Shown here piece by piece: positions 1 through 8,677 of a stretch of 64,000 nucleotides of DNA. A program made the translations under genes and the position numbers. Within the stretch, counting starts at the first letter, position 1, and every line of letters starts with the position of its first letter. Origin of the DNA: a bacterium (GTDB lineage: Bacteria; UBP15; UBA6099). The stretch covers positions 4,618 through 68,617 of the forward strand of contig DAOSYA010000007.1 in the NCBI GenBank assembly GCA_035380865.1, given 5' to 3'. Below the pieces are notes generated by a model. The model did not search any database and was not told where the DNA came from. It saw only the letters and a list, made by a program, of their open reading frames with translations.

Positions 1-305
1 AAATTATCGGGATACCGCAAAAAATGAAGATTTCCGTCGTCGAGCCCGATGAACTTCATCGCGTCACGGGATTCTTGCTCGCGAACCTCGCCGTCGGACG
101 AAGCCGCGCCATCGGTCAGCCACATCGCATGCGTCTCCCTGCCCGACCGGACATCCTGCCTCATTTTCGCAACAATGCCGATCTCGTCGTCCTGATGCGC
201 GAAGATATAAAGCACCGCGCTCCGCCCGCCCGCCTGTTCCGCAAACGAAAACACCGAACCGGCAGCAAAAACAAACGTCAGAACAACCAAAAGCTTAATT
301 CGCAT
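1..305 (-). CDS. PIG-L/LmbE family deacetylase, N-terminal fragment (gene continues past window start)
   Basis: Manual minus-strand translation from ATG at 305..303 gives MRIKLLVVLTFVFAAGSVFSFAEQAGGRSAVLYIFAHQDDEIGIVAKMRQDV...: a signal peptide followed by the AHxDDE motif of PIG-L/LmbE deacetylases. Absent from the ORF track because it is truncated by the window edge. Confidence 0.5.
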   Translation of the reverse strand, partial: MRIKLLVVLTFVFAAGSVFSFAEQAGGRSAVLYIFAHQDDEIGIVAKMRQDVRSGRETHAMWLTDGAASSDGEVREQESRDAMKFIGLDDGNLHFLRYPDN

Positions 306-488
306 TATTCTTTCCCGCTCTTTTTAAAATAGATTATAAATCCCGCCGCCCCGCCGTCGCAAATAAGTCATTATAATCCTTCAGCAACACTCGCTCCGTC
401 GCTTTATAATTCAATAGTTGATAATAGATTCCTTCAACCTGACGATGTTATTATAATTGTTTGTGATATTCGATGGAGAATATTTTCA

Positions 489-1514
489 ATGAAATCTGCT
501 GAAAGAATAAGAATACTGCTCGAAGAGCTCGGAAAAACCATTTCCGGGGAGATCGGCGAACAGGTGCGCAACTCGACAATTCAGGAACTGTCATCCGTTG
601 CGCGAGAAGATGAAGACGACACCATATACGAGATCGACCGCAAAACCGAAGAGCGGATAATGGACATATTCGAGAAAAAGATCGGCCCCGAGATACCCTG
701 CATCCTGATAATGGAAGGCTCGCCTTCGGAAGGGCTGGTGTTCGGGCCGGGTGGCAGGGGCGACGCCGAATACACCGTCATAATGGACCCGCTCGACGGC
801 ACCCGCGGGCTGATGTATGGAAAACGAAGCGCATGGGTACTGTCCGCCGCCGCGCCGGGCGGCTCAGCGGGACTCACGCTCAAAGATATCGTTACAGCCG
901 TGCAGACTGAAATCCCCGCGCCGAAACAGACCCTCTTCGACCAGCTTTCCGCAACCGCCGGAAGCGGAGCATGCGGCAGAAGATTCGACCTCTCGAACAG
1001 GAACGAAACTTCGTTCAACCCGTCGCCTTCGTCCGCCACAGGCCTGCAATACGGATTTGCGACCTTCAACCGGTTTTTCCCCGGAATAAAAACAATCGTG
1101 AACAACGTCGAAAACGAACTTTTCAATAGACTGGGATCGGAAGGGAATAATTATTTCTACTTCGAGGACCAGTACATCTGCAACGGCGGCCAGCTCGCCG
1201 AACTCGCGACGGGACGCGACCGTTTTGTATGCGACATCCGCGCGGCGGCCGCTCCCGCGATGGTCAAACGCGGACTGACTTCGCCGCTCTGCACCCACCC
1301 CTATGACGTCTGCACCGAGCTGATAGCCCGCGAAGCAGGGGTTATCGTCACCGGCCCGGACGGCGGCAGGCTCGATTACCCGCTGGACACTCTCACCGAT
1401 GTCGCATGGATCGGTTACGCAAACGAAAATATCCGGCAACTTATCGAGCCGCATATCCTGGATATCATCGCCCGCATCGAAGACTGCGTTCCAGATTCGG
1501 AAAATCCGGTTTGA
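489..1514 (+). CDS. inositol monophosphatase / FBPase-family phosphatase
   Basis: VIMDPLDGTRG motif (metal-binding DPxDGT of the IMPase/FBPase/CysQ superfamily); 341 aa. Confidence 0.7.
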   Translation: MKSAERIRILLEELGKTISGEIGEQVRNSTIQELSSVAREDEDDTIYEIDRKTEERIMDIFEKKIGPEIPCILIMEGSPSEGLVFGPGGRGDAEYTVIMDPLDGTRGLMYGKRSAWVLSAAAPGGSAGLTLKDIVTAVQTEIPAPKQTLFDQLSATAGSGACGRRFDLSNRNETSFNPSPSSATGLQYGFATFNRFFPGIKTIVNNVENELFNRLGSEGNNYFYFEDQYICNGGQLAELATGRDRFVCDIRAAAAPAMVKRGLTSPLCTHPYDVCTELIAREAGVIVTGPDGGRLDYPLDTLTDVAWIGYANENIRQLIEPHILDIIARIEDCVPDSENPV

Positions 1515-1584
1515 ACCGCCGATACACATTTATGCCGGTTATCATAAATGACACGGAATCCGGAATGTACGTATAAAGAGAACA

Positions 1585-1740
1585 GTCGAGATTGCCGCGT
1601 CATTCGACATGCGACAGGCATGTCTCACTCCTCGCAATGACAGAACAAGAAGCGCACTAAGGTATATTTATGAAAACAGACTGTACACGAAGCTGGAACA
1701 TAAAAGGACAAAAAGCGGCCTGGGCCGCCATAAGGGAACC
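1585..1740 (+). repeat. dispersed hairpin repeat, family A copy 1
   Basis: About 75-80% identical to 12275..12415 (gtcgagattgccgcgtc...ctcactcctcgcaatgacagaa...taaggtatat...gtgtccacgaag...aggacaaa...ggcc). Convergent intergenic gap between the phosphatase and the lipoprotein gene. Confidence 0.65.
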
Positions 1741-1760
1741 TTTTTCAAAAGGTTCCCTTA
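1711..1760. terminator. two back-to-back perfect hairpins (gcggcc-tg-ggccgc and taagggaacc-tttttcaaaa-ggttccctta) between convergent genes
   Basis: Perfect inverted repeats read directly from the sequence; no strong T-run, so intrinsic-terminator function is uncertain. The second hairpin belongs to the CTTTTTCAAAAG loop family. Confidence 0.35.
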
Positions 1761-1788
1761 TGTCCGTTCAGTTCTGCAATCACATTTA

Positions 1789-3009
1789 TCAGTCAGTCGG
1801 CGCCTGCCGCGCGAGATGCCCGGGAACAACCGCCTGCTCATAAGTCAAATCCGGCGCGTAGTCCGTTCTCTCTTCGAGGTAATTATCCGACCTCGCCCAG
1901 TACGTCGAACCATCGGCCCCGATATATACCGCCATACGATTATTGTCCGCCCTGTCGGACATGTCAGGAAAGTAAACAGTGATAGTTTTTTCCTCGTTCG
2001 TTATCTTTATATCGGCTTCGGTAAGATCCTGCAGCGGGTTACCCTCCGCAAGCAGGCAACCCGTGGCGGGCGGATGAGTCAGAACCCTGAGGAAAGATGC
2101 GCTCGAATCCGGATTGAATAAAATATACCCTACTGCCGATCCCCAGGTTGTTACATCACCCGGGACATTCTCCATCGCCACAATCGTGTCCGGATACGTG
2201 CTCCAGCCCGTCGGAGCTTTCATCGAAAGAACCTCGCTGCATGTGAACTTTTCTACCGCCGGCGGCTCAACAACCGCTGTTTTCACCGTAATAAGAATGT
2301 ATTCCGATGCCAGCCAGCCGAAAAGATCCGCCGAAACCTGCGTGTTTCCATCTGTCGCTGCTGTGAAAACATTCTCTTCAATCACTCCTGCCTCCTCATT
2401 CGTAAGCTCCCATGTCACATATTCCGTAACATCCTCAGAAAACCCGTCGTTATAATACAACATTGCCGTAAGGATAGTTGTCTCACCCGGTTCGAGATCG
2501 GTCACTTCTGCTATTGTTTCGATCTTTTCAAAACCCTCATGTAAAATGTACTTTACCAGGAAAAACAACTTCACTCTTAACAGTCTCCAATCCTCTCTTG
2601 AACAGAACTGGTGTTTCTTGTTTTTTTTACAACTGCACTCATTCATCCTGTCGACAGTACCTTTTCTCAGAGTCTTTGCAGCCTGCATGTAATTCTTCTG
2701 TTTCTGATACTGCCGGGCGTTATGCAACGCCACCTTCGCCGTCTGCCTGCCCTCCTCCGACTCGTCGATGAAAGCATCTTCCGGCACTTCCTCCAGGCCT
2801 TCCGCCAGTTGTTCGAATATCTCATCTGCCGTGGCCGGATCAATATTCTTTTCCTGTTGCTGTTCCAGAGATTCCTGAACAAGAGCCGGAACATCAGTAC
2901 TGCTTTGACTGATCAGAGATGAACCATTTCCTCCGCCGCAGCCTGAAACAATCAATGTAATAATAATAATCATGGGAATTATTAATATTGTACGCTTGAT
3001 GTTTCTCAT
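1789..3009 (-). CDS. lipoprotein, function unknown
   Basis: Start revised to internal ATG (3009) preceded by aggggg SD. MRNIKRTILIIPMIIIITLIVSGCGGG is a lipobox signal peptide; rest is a Ser/Thr/acidic-rich secreted protein. Confidence 0.6.
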   Translation of the reverse strand: MRNIKRTILIIPMIIIITLIVSGCGGGNGSSLISQSSTDVPALVQESLEQQQEKNIDPATADEIFEQLAEGLEEVPEDAFIDESEEGRQTAKVALHNARQYQKQKNYMQAAKTLRKGTVDRMNECSCKKNKKHQFCSREDWRLLRVKLFFLVKYILHEGFEKIETIAEVTDLEPGETTILTAMLYYNDGFSEDVTEYVTWELTNEEAGVIEENVFTAATDGNTQVSADLFGWLASEYILITVKTAVVEPPAVEKFTCSEVLSMKAPTGWSTYPDTIVAMENVPGDVTTWGSAVGYILFNPDSSASFLRVLTHPPATGCLLAEGNPLQDLTEADIKITNEEKTITVYFPDMSDRADNNRMAVYIGADGSTYWARSDNYLEERTDYAPDLTYEQAVVPGHLARQAPTD

Positions 3010-3303
3010 GATTCCAGCCCCCCTTTTTGTGATCTTGCTCACTTTTATTTTTGCCCGGAAACAGCCCTTCAAAACAGGTTATTTTAAATAATTCCGAATC
3101 CACTCGGCAACCGATATACCAGAAATACTTGTTTGAAAAAGCGATTTTTGTGGTATTTAAACGATGGAGGTGAAAACAGCGGGTTTGATCATATTATTAT
3201 TTTAAAAGCTCTGACGACTTGCCGGCCAAGTATTAATATTACATGAACGATATTAATATGGCCGGTATTTGTTTTAATTTACATCCCACACTCAATTTCC
3301 TTT

Positions 3304-3331
3304 GACGGCCTTTTTATCGGCCGTTTTTTTT
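3304..3331 (+). terminator. intrinsic terminator-like hairpin plus T8 run, plus-strand orientation
   Basis: gacggcc-tttttatc-ggccgt followed by tttttttt; only the plus strand carries the U-run. Confidence 0.4.
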
Positions 3332-4335
3332 CAGGAACCGTCTCCCGGCAACTGCCACTGACCTATAGCGTCCAGCCATCCTTCGCGTCTGCCCTTTCTG
3401 TAAACCCTCTCCCAGTTCTCATAATCCTTGCTGCTGACCGCTACAATATGCCCGTTTATCGTATAAAAAACGAAATGAAGCTGAGAAAAATCCTTATCCT
3501 TGTGAATATTCAAGAGAACCTTTCTGAACCTCTTCGCAATTTCCACATCCAGCCCGTCCCTTATTACGAAAGGAATATTCGTGTATTCCTGCCCACACAC
3601 CAGAGGCTCTATCGAACCCGCAAGCTCCTGGTTTTTATAAAAAGCAAACTTCAGATCCACCTTGAATGTGATTACACCATCGATAGTCCCGTCCATTATC
3701 TGATTTATCTTGTCCTCGATGCTGCCGTATTCATCTCCCACATTCTCGAAATATTCATAGCTCGGCGTGTCTATTCCCATATCAATCAAAAGCATCTCTG
3801 CAACAGGATTGCTTTTCATCCCATGCCCGATCCCTACTTTCTTTCCCCTGAAAGCCTCAATCCGCTCCGCATCCGTTTTAAGCTCCTTCGCGGGATGTCC
3901 TTTTTTCACATAAAGACACGCCCGGTCCGTCTTCTTCTTGTCTATTTGATACGTGGCGATCGGTATCATTTTAATTCCGGCGTCGATCAGCATGTACAAT
4001 CCCGTGGGCGGAACAACAGTGATATCGATATTTCCCATTTCTGCTTCTTTTTTCGCCCATTCAAAAAGCTGTTCGGTCGTCGGATTTTCGATCGGGATAT
4101 CCTCTGCCGTTTTGAGAACCACCGGCACACCTATCTTTTCCCCGATCATATCGCACATCATCTCGACCTGCTTGAAAACGGCGGTCGCTTTAGAAGGCAG
4201 AAAGAAAACCAGTGGTTCCCTGCCACCATCGGCCGCCTGCTGCTCACCATGAGCAGACCCGGAAAAAAGAACAACCGAAACAAATATCAATAATGCGAGG
4301 ATTTTGGGATTCAAGTATCGATTCATAATCATCAC
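3331..4335 (-). CDS. PhnD/SsuA/transferrin-family ABC substrate-binding protein (phosphonate/phosphite-type), orphan
   Basis: Signal peptide and periplasmic binding fold with PhnD-like sequence features; no cognate permease or ATPase adjacent. Confidence 0.6.
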   Translation of the reverse strand: MMIMNRYLNPKILALLIFVSVVLFSGSAHGEQQAADGGREPLVFFLPSKATAVFKQVEMMCDMIGEKIGVPVVLKTAEDIPIENPTTEQLFEWAKKEAEMGNIDITVVPPTGLYMLIDAGIKMIPIATYQIDKKKTDRACLYVKKGHPAKELKTDAERIEAFRGKKVGIGHGMKSNPVAEMLLIDMGIDTPSYEYFENVGDEYGSIEDKINQIMDGTIDGVITFKVDLKFAFYKNQELAGSIEPLVCGQEYTNIPFVIRDGLDVEIAKRFRKVLLNIHKDKDFSQLHFVFYTINGHIVAVSSKDYENWERVYRKGRREGWLDAIGQWQLPGDGS

Positions 4336-4424
4336 CAGATTGAAATTATACTCAAAGCAACTATTTCAGATTAGATCATTTTGCCGGGTTTTGTAAAGAT
4401 GTTCAAGCCTGCGAATATCCGGGA

Positions 4425-5195
4425 TCATTCCAGGCCCAGGGGCCTCATAAGCATTCTTGCGACACTTTTTATCTGTTTCTCTCCGTTTGCGCGATCACCA
4501 CTGCTAAAAGAGTTAAAAGCCTTTTCGACAACTTTCCATCCTTCAGCCGTAAGCCACGGTTTGTCATACTGAAAATCAACAGAGAAACTTATCGGCTTAT
4601 TCTGGTTATCGTTCATATCGATTATTCCAGAAACTATGAGATTCATCGGTTTTTTGCTTTTTGCCTCCAACTCGATATTTCCTTTAAGCTCTCTTATCAT
4701 GATTCCCTTCGCCGGAATAATCGGCTCTATCGATATTTTCATAGTAATGCGGCTGCCATTATCAATGGTAATGGCGCTGGCGGCCTCATATTTGATCTTG
4801 TTCAACGCCGACTCAGCCATACACTGGAGAGAATAAATAGAAACCGGGGAAAGCCCTGTCGGGAAATATGTCACAGCCTCTGAGTCCACTTCGTGCATCA
4901 GCGAGAATTTCCCGTCGGAATAAAGCAGGTAATGAAGCTCCATAATCGAATAAATATCCGCAGCCTGGAAAAACCTCTCGTTATCGGGGAAATCGACGTT
5001 GATCACTGCTGTCTTTTTCATATAACCATCTTCATCGCCGACAAAAACCGTCAGGTTCATCGAAAATGGAGACAGGGAATCAATGCTCTGCGCCCATGCC
5101 GAATCAGCCTCGCTGTTATTTTCTGCAAACAAGACAACAGGCAATAGAAACAGCAAGCACAAACATATCAGCGTTTTGATTTTTATTTTTAACAT
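4425..5195 (-). CDS. hypothetical secreted protein
   Basis: Start revised to MLKIKIKTLICLCLLFLLPVVLFA (signal peptide), which removes the overlap with the upstream gene. Confidence 0.5.
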   Translation of the reverse strand: MLKIKIKTLICLCLLFLLPVVLFAENNSEADSAWAQSIDSLSPFSMNLTVFVGDEDGYMKKTAVINVDFPDNERFFQAADIYSIMELHYLLYSDGKFSLMHEVDSEAVTYFPTGLSPVSIYSLQCMAESALNKIKYEAASAITIDNGSRITMKISIEPIIPAKGIMIRELKGNIELEAKSKKPMNLIVSGIIDMNDNQNKPISFSVDFQYDKPWLTAEGWKVVEKAFNSFSSGDRANGEKQIKSVARMLMRPLGLE

Positions 5196-5233
5196 AGGAA
5201 GTATACCTTGAAGCAGATAAACCCAGGGTGGGA

Positions 5234-5791
5234 TCAGTCCCAGACCGCGACCATCTCGCAGCATTCATCGCCCCGGTTCATACATTTTGTTTCTTCAATC
5301 TTCACATTGGTTCCGCCGGAAAGCTCGATCATCCTGCGGCCCCAGCCGATGAGGTTTTTGCAATTTTCAACATGCGGCAACGCAAACCCGGCAACTCTCA
5401 GGATCACTTTTTTTTCACCTTCGGTCATCTCCACCGAAAGCTCGCCGGTATCATGGAACGCCTTCCACAGCAAAGCCGCCCTGCTGAGTGTCTGATAAAC
5501 ATCGCCTTCTTTAAGCCTTGTCTTATAAACACCCTTGAGACTTTCTTCCGCGGTTAACTCACCTATCCGCTCCATTATATTGGAATGTACCGATGAAAGA
5601 GTTCTCTGGATCGACTCGTTGAAATCCTTGAAAATATCGGCATCGTACCAGGACGACGGTATAGTACTGGCCAGCATTTCCCTGTTCTGCGATTTCATAT
5701 TCTCCAGAACCTTATCGAGCGATTCCTGCCCGAATTCACTTTTAATCGTCTGGAGCCTGCTTATCAATGCTACGCCTTTTACCTTCGCCAT
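5234..5791 (-). CDS. small V4R/DUF2378-like putative ligand-binding protein
   Basis: 185 aa, C-terminal Cys-rich ...KCMNRGDECCEMVAVWD; resembles 4-vinyl-reductase-type hydrocarbon-binding domains; assignment tentative. Confidence 0.45.
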   Translation of the reverse strand: MAKVKGVALISRLQTIKSEFGQESLDKVLENMKSQNREMLASTIPSSWYDADIFKDFNESIQRTLSSVHSNIMERIGELTAEESLKGVYKTRLKEGDVYQTLSRAALLWKAFHDTGELSVEMTEGEKKVILRVAGFALPHVENCKNLIGWGRRMIELSGGTNVKIEETKCMNRGDECCEMVAVWD

Positions 5792-5871
5792 CCCGAGCCT
5801 CCCGGTCAGATCTCATGGAAAAACAACTTTAATTATACATCATCCCGTAATTTAATGTAAGATTACAACAA

Positions 5872-6762
5872 TTATGCTCTCGGATGCGCCTTTTCATATG
5901 TCTTCTTTAATCTCTCGGTAGAGATATGAGTGTAAATCTGTGTCGTCGAAAGGCTCGAATGCCCCAGAAGTTGCTGAACAGTTCTCAGGTTCGCTCCCGC
6001 GTTCAACATGTGTGTCGCGAATGAATGCCGGAGTGAATGCGGACTGATCTGTTTCAATATCGCCGTCTGGTGAATATACTTTTCGACAACACGCTGCACA
6101 CCGCGAACACCAAGCCTTTGCCCGGACTTGTTCAAAAACACCGCTTCGGCATCCCTGTTTTTGCCCTGCTGCGGGCGGCCCTCTTTCAGATACCTCGAAA
6201 GCGCATCCATCGCCGGCTCCCCTATGAACACAACCCTTTCCCTGTTGCCCTTGCCCACTATCCTTATCTCAGGGTTCCCCTTCCTTATATCGTCAATATT
6301 CAGCGACACCAGTTCGCTAACCCTCATCCCGCTCGCATATAATATCTCTAAAACTGCGGCGTCCCTCATGCCCGCCGGCTCCGTGATATCGGGCGCCTTC
6401 AGCAAAGCCGAAATTTCCTCTATAAAAAGGTATTCGGGCACTTTTTTTTCAAGCTTCGGACTGTCCAGCGCGGCAAACACATTCTGCCCGACGATACCTT
6501 CTTTCTTCAAGAACCTGAAAAAAGATCTCAGCGCGCTTATCCGCCGGGCTATGGTAGTCCTCGCGCGGCCCGCCCTGACGAGTTCCGCGAGGTATCTTCG
6601 CGCCAGTTTAATATTCACTTCATGCGGTCGAATTCCCGAGGCTTCCTCGTCGCAGAATCTCAGGAAATCGTCCAGATCTCTCCTGTAGGCGTCGAGAGTG
6701 TGCTTCGACGCGCCCCTCTCGATCTCCATCATCTTCAGGTATTGATCCACATAAGTTTTCAT
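5872..6762 (-). CDS. xerD: site-specific tyrosine recombinase XerD
   Basis: N-terminal SAM-like domain; C-terminal HSLRHSFATHML...LGHSSLSTTQIYTHISTERL with catalytic Tyr; the TERL tail is XerD-like. Confidence 0.85.
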   Translation of the reverse strand: MKTYVDQYLKMMEIERGASKHTLDAYRRDLDDFLRFCDEEASGIRPHEVNIKLARRYLAELVRAGRARTTIARRISALRSFFRFLKKEGIVGQNVFAALDSPKLEKKVPEYLFIEEISALLKAPDITEPAGMRDAAVLEILYASGMRVSELVSLNIDDIRKGNPEIRIVGKGNRERVVFIGEPAMDALSRYLKEGRPQQGKNRDAEAVFLNKSGQRLGVRGVQRVVEKYIHQTAILKQISPHSLRHSFATHMLNAGANLRTVQQLLGHSSLSTTQIYTHISTERLKKTYEKAHPRA

Positions 6763-8057
6763 TTTGAATTTATCGACTGCTCACATATTCGTATCGCATC
6801 AAGCGCGGCGTCGGCTGAAGGCTGCGCCTTGAATCCGGGCTGTCCGACCGCGTCATTCACCATCAGCATATTTTCCACCATGAACGGTTTTATACCCGGC
6901 CTTGTTCTATCGGGATCCCCGGCTGCCGGCAACGCGCTCAGAACATTCCGAACGATCTTCCATCTCTCGACTGCAATTTTCTTTGTAATGCCCGGGAAAA
7001 TCACTTCCAGAACATCTTTTGTCTGTCTCTGCACACGTTTTATCACGTCATCGCTTTCAAGCCCTGAATCCTCGACGGGGATAAACCAGCTTATGTTCTG
7101 GCAACCCCGCGGAGCAAGAGCAGGCTCTATGTTCGAAACAGCAACCCCTGTTGTGTACGGCTCCAGCGTCAGCATCACACCGTCTTCTCTTACGATCTTT
7201 TCTTCGAGCCCCAGATCCAGGCTAAGCCCGCTCAAAGGCTTCAATTCGCCAAGCATCTTTTTTGCATCTTCCGAAATCACATCTTCGGGAATGGTTTCTA
7301 TCACATGCGTGACCGGCTCGGCGATAATCACCATATCCGTTTCATAAACGTCGCCGGACAACCTGACGCCTTTCGCGGTTTTATCTTCAATAATCAACTC
7401 CGGCTTCTCCCCGATGCGAACCTGTCCGCCGCCGCCTTCGATTATCGACTTCATCCTTTCGACGAGATAGTTCCAGCCGCCCAGCGGCACGGTAAGCGAG
7501 CCTGCTGACCTGTCGTGAAGTATTTCGGCGAACATGGCGAGCGGCATAACGCTTATGTCGTACTCGTCGGTGGCTTCCGCGCAACGGATGTTTATCAGCT
7601 CCATCAGGTCATTGCCGTACTGGTTGTTTTCGGAAAGCCAGTCAGCAACCGAGACGGGGTAAGCCTCATTGTCGCCCCTGTACTTTTTCAGGTCCTTTTT
7701 CATGCGGACCCATTCTTTCCTTCCGCCGAAATTCAACAATGGAGAAGACATAACGCCGACAGAAGAAGATGGAATGTTTATTAGCTTGCTTCCCCCGAAA
7801 TACACGGGCCGCCCCGCCGGGAGCAATCTGCACGGAAGTCCCGCCGAACTCATAAGCGGCTCCGGCTCGGGGCAGACCAGCCGGTCGGCAAGCACTCCGA
7901 AATCAAACTTGAAACCTTCCACGCTGTCGATCCGCGAACAGCCGCAGCCGGAATCACGCTCACCGGCAAGCAGGCATTTCATTCCACGATTCGCCAGCGC
8001 CGCCGCCGCAGCCCACGCCACAAACCTGTCGCCAACTATCGTCACATCGTATTTCAT
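6759..8057 (-). CDS. NAD(P)/FAD-dependent oxidoreductase, CrtI/phytoene-desaturase-like
   Basis: Start revised to MKYDVTIVGDRFVAWAAAAALANRG...ERDSGCG (Rossmann-like N-terminus, ATG at 8057); the track's 150-aa Arg/Gly-rich extension is rejected. Confidence 0.7.
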   Translation of the reverse strand: MKYDVTIVGDRFVAWAAAAALANRGMKCLLAGERDSGCGCSRIDSVEGFKFDFGVLADRLVCPEPEPLMSSAGLPCRLLPAGRPVYFGGSKLINIPSSSVGVMSSPLLNFGGRKEWVRMKKDLKKYRGDNEAYPVSVADWLSENNQYGNDLMELINIRCAEATDEYDISVMPLAMFAEILHDRSAGSLTVPLGGWNYLVERMKSIIEGGGGQVRIGEKPELIIEDKTAKGVRLSGDVYETDMVIIAEPVTHVIETIPEDVISEDAKKMLGELKPLSGLSLDLGLEEKIVREDGVMLTLEPYTTGVAVSNIEPALAPRGCQNISWFIPVEDSGLESDDVIKRVQRQTKDVLEVIFPGITKKIAVERWKIVRNVLSALPAAGDPDRTRPGIKPFMVENMLMVNDAVGQPGFKAQPSADAALDAIRICEQSINSK

Positions 8058-8137
8058 ATCGGCCTCTGCACCGCAGGTTTCTAATAATATATACCAAATG
8101 AGAAGATTTAAAAAGCCGCTCCGCCAGTTATCTGATT

Positions 8138-8677
8138 TCAGGCCCCGGCGATCCGGCTCAGATCCGGATTTTCTCCCGCCTCGAGCGCGAGAAGTATTTT
8201 TTTGACTTCCGCTCCGCCTGCGGAATAACCTCCCGGCTTTCCGTCCGCCCGAACCACCCTGTGGCAGGGCACAATCACCGGATACGGGTTCGCGGCCATC
8301 GCGCCGCCCGCAGCCCGAACCGCGGCTCGGTTTCCCGCCATTTCGGCGAGCCGGCCGTAACTCCTCGTCTCGCCGAAGGGAATCCGCCTCGCAGCATCCC
8401 ATGCGCGTATCCTGAACCCGGTCGCGCTTCCCGTGTCCAGCGGAGCATCGAATTCCACGCGCTCCCCCCTGAAATATCCATCCAGCCGTTCGACGGTCCT
8501 GGCGACCCATTCAGGCAGGGTTCGCGCGTCATCGCAGGCGGGGCAGCACGCACAAACCGATTCCCGCGCCGCGCTTCTCGTCCTGCAACCGAAACATGTT
8601 TTCAAAAGTCCCCGCTCGGTCCAGCCCAGCCCGCACCAGCCAGAATCGTTTTTCCATACATACATCCCCGCGCTCAT
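8138..8677 (-). CDS. ogt: methylated-DNA-protein-cysteine methyltransferase (Ogt/MGMT)
   Basis: Active-site VIVPCHRVV motif and HTH region; its start overlaps the uvrC stop by 4 nt. Confidence 0.85.
   Translation of the reverse strand: MSAGMYVWKNDSGWCGLGWTERGLLKTCFGCRTRSAARESVCACCPACDDARTLPEWVARTVERLDGYFRGERVEFDAPLDTGSATGFRIRAWDAARRIPFGETRSYGRLAEMAGNRAAVRAAGGAMAANPYPVIVPCHRVVRADGKPGGYSAGGAEVKKILLALEAGENPDLSRIAGA

Noticed and set aside
24-332. ORF-track CDS, 102 aa, plus strand
   Set aside because: Arg-rich low-complexity translation that is antisense to a well-supported minus-strand PIG-L deacetylase fragment (AHQDDE motif).
8058-8510. 150-aa N-terminal extension of the FAD oxidoreductase ORF (MGRQDRRTAGW...)
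   Set aside because: Arg/Gly-rich with no domain. It would overlap the ogt gene, and a proper ATG with a Rossmann-like start exists at 8057.
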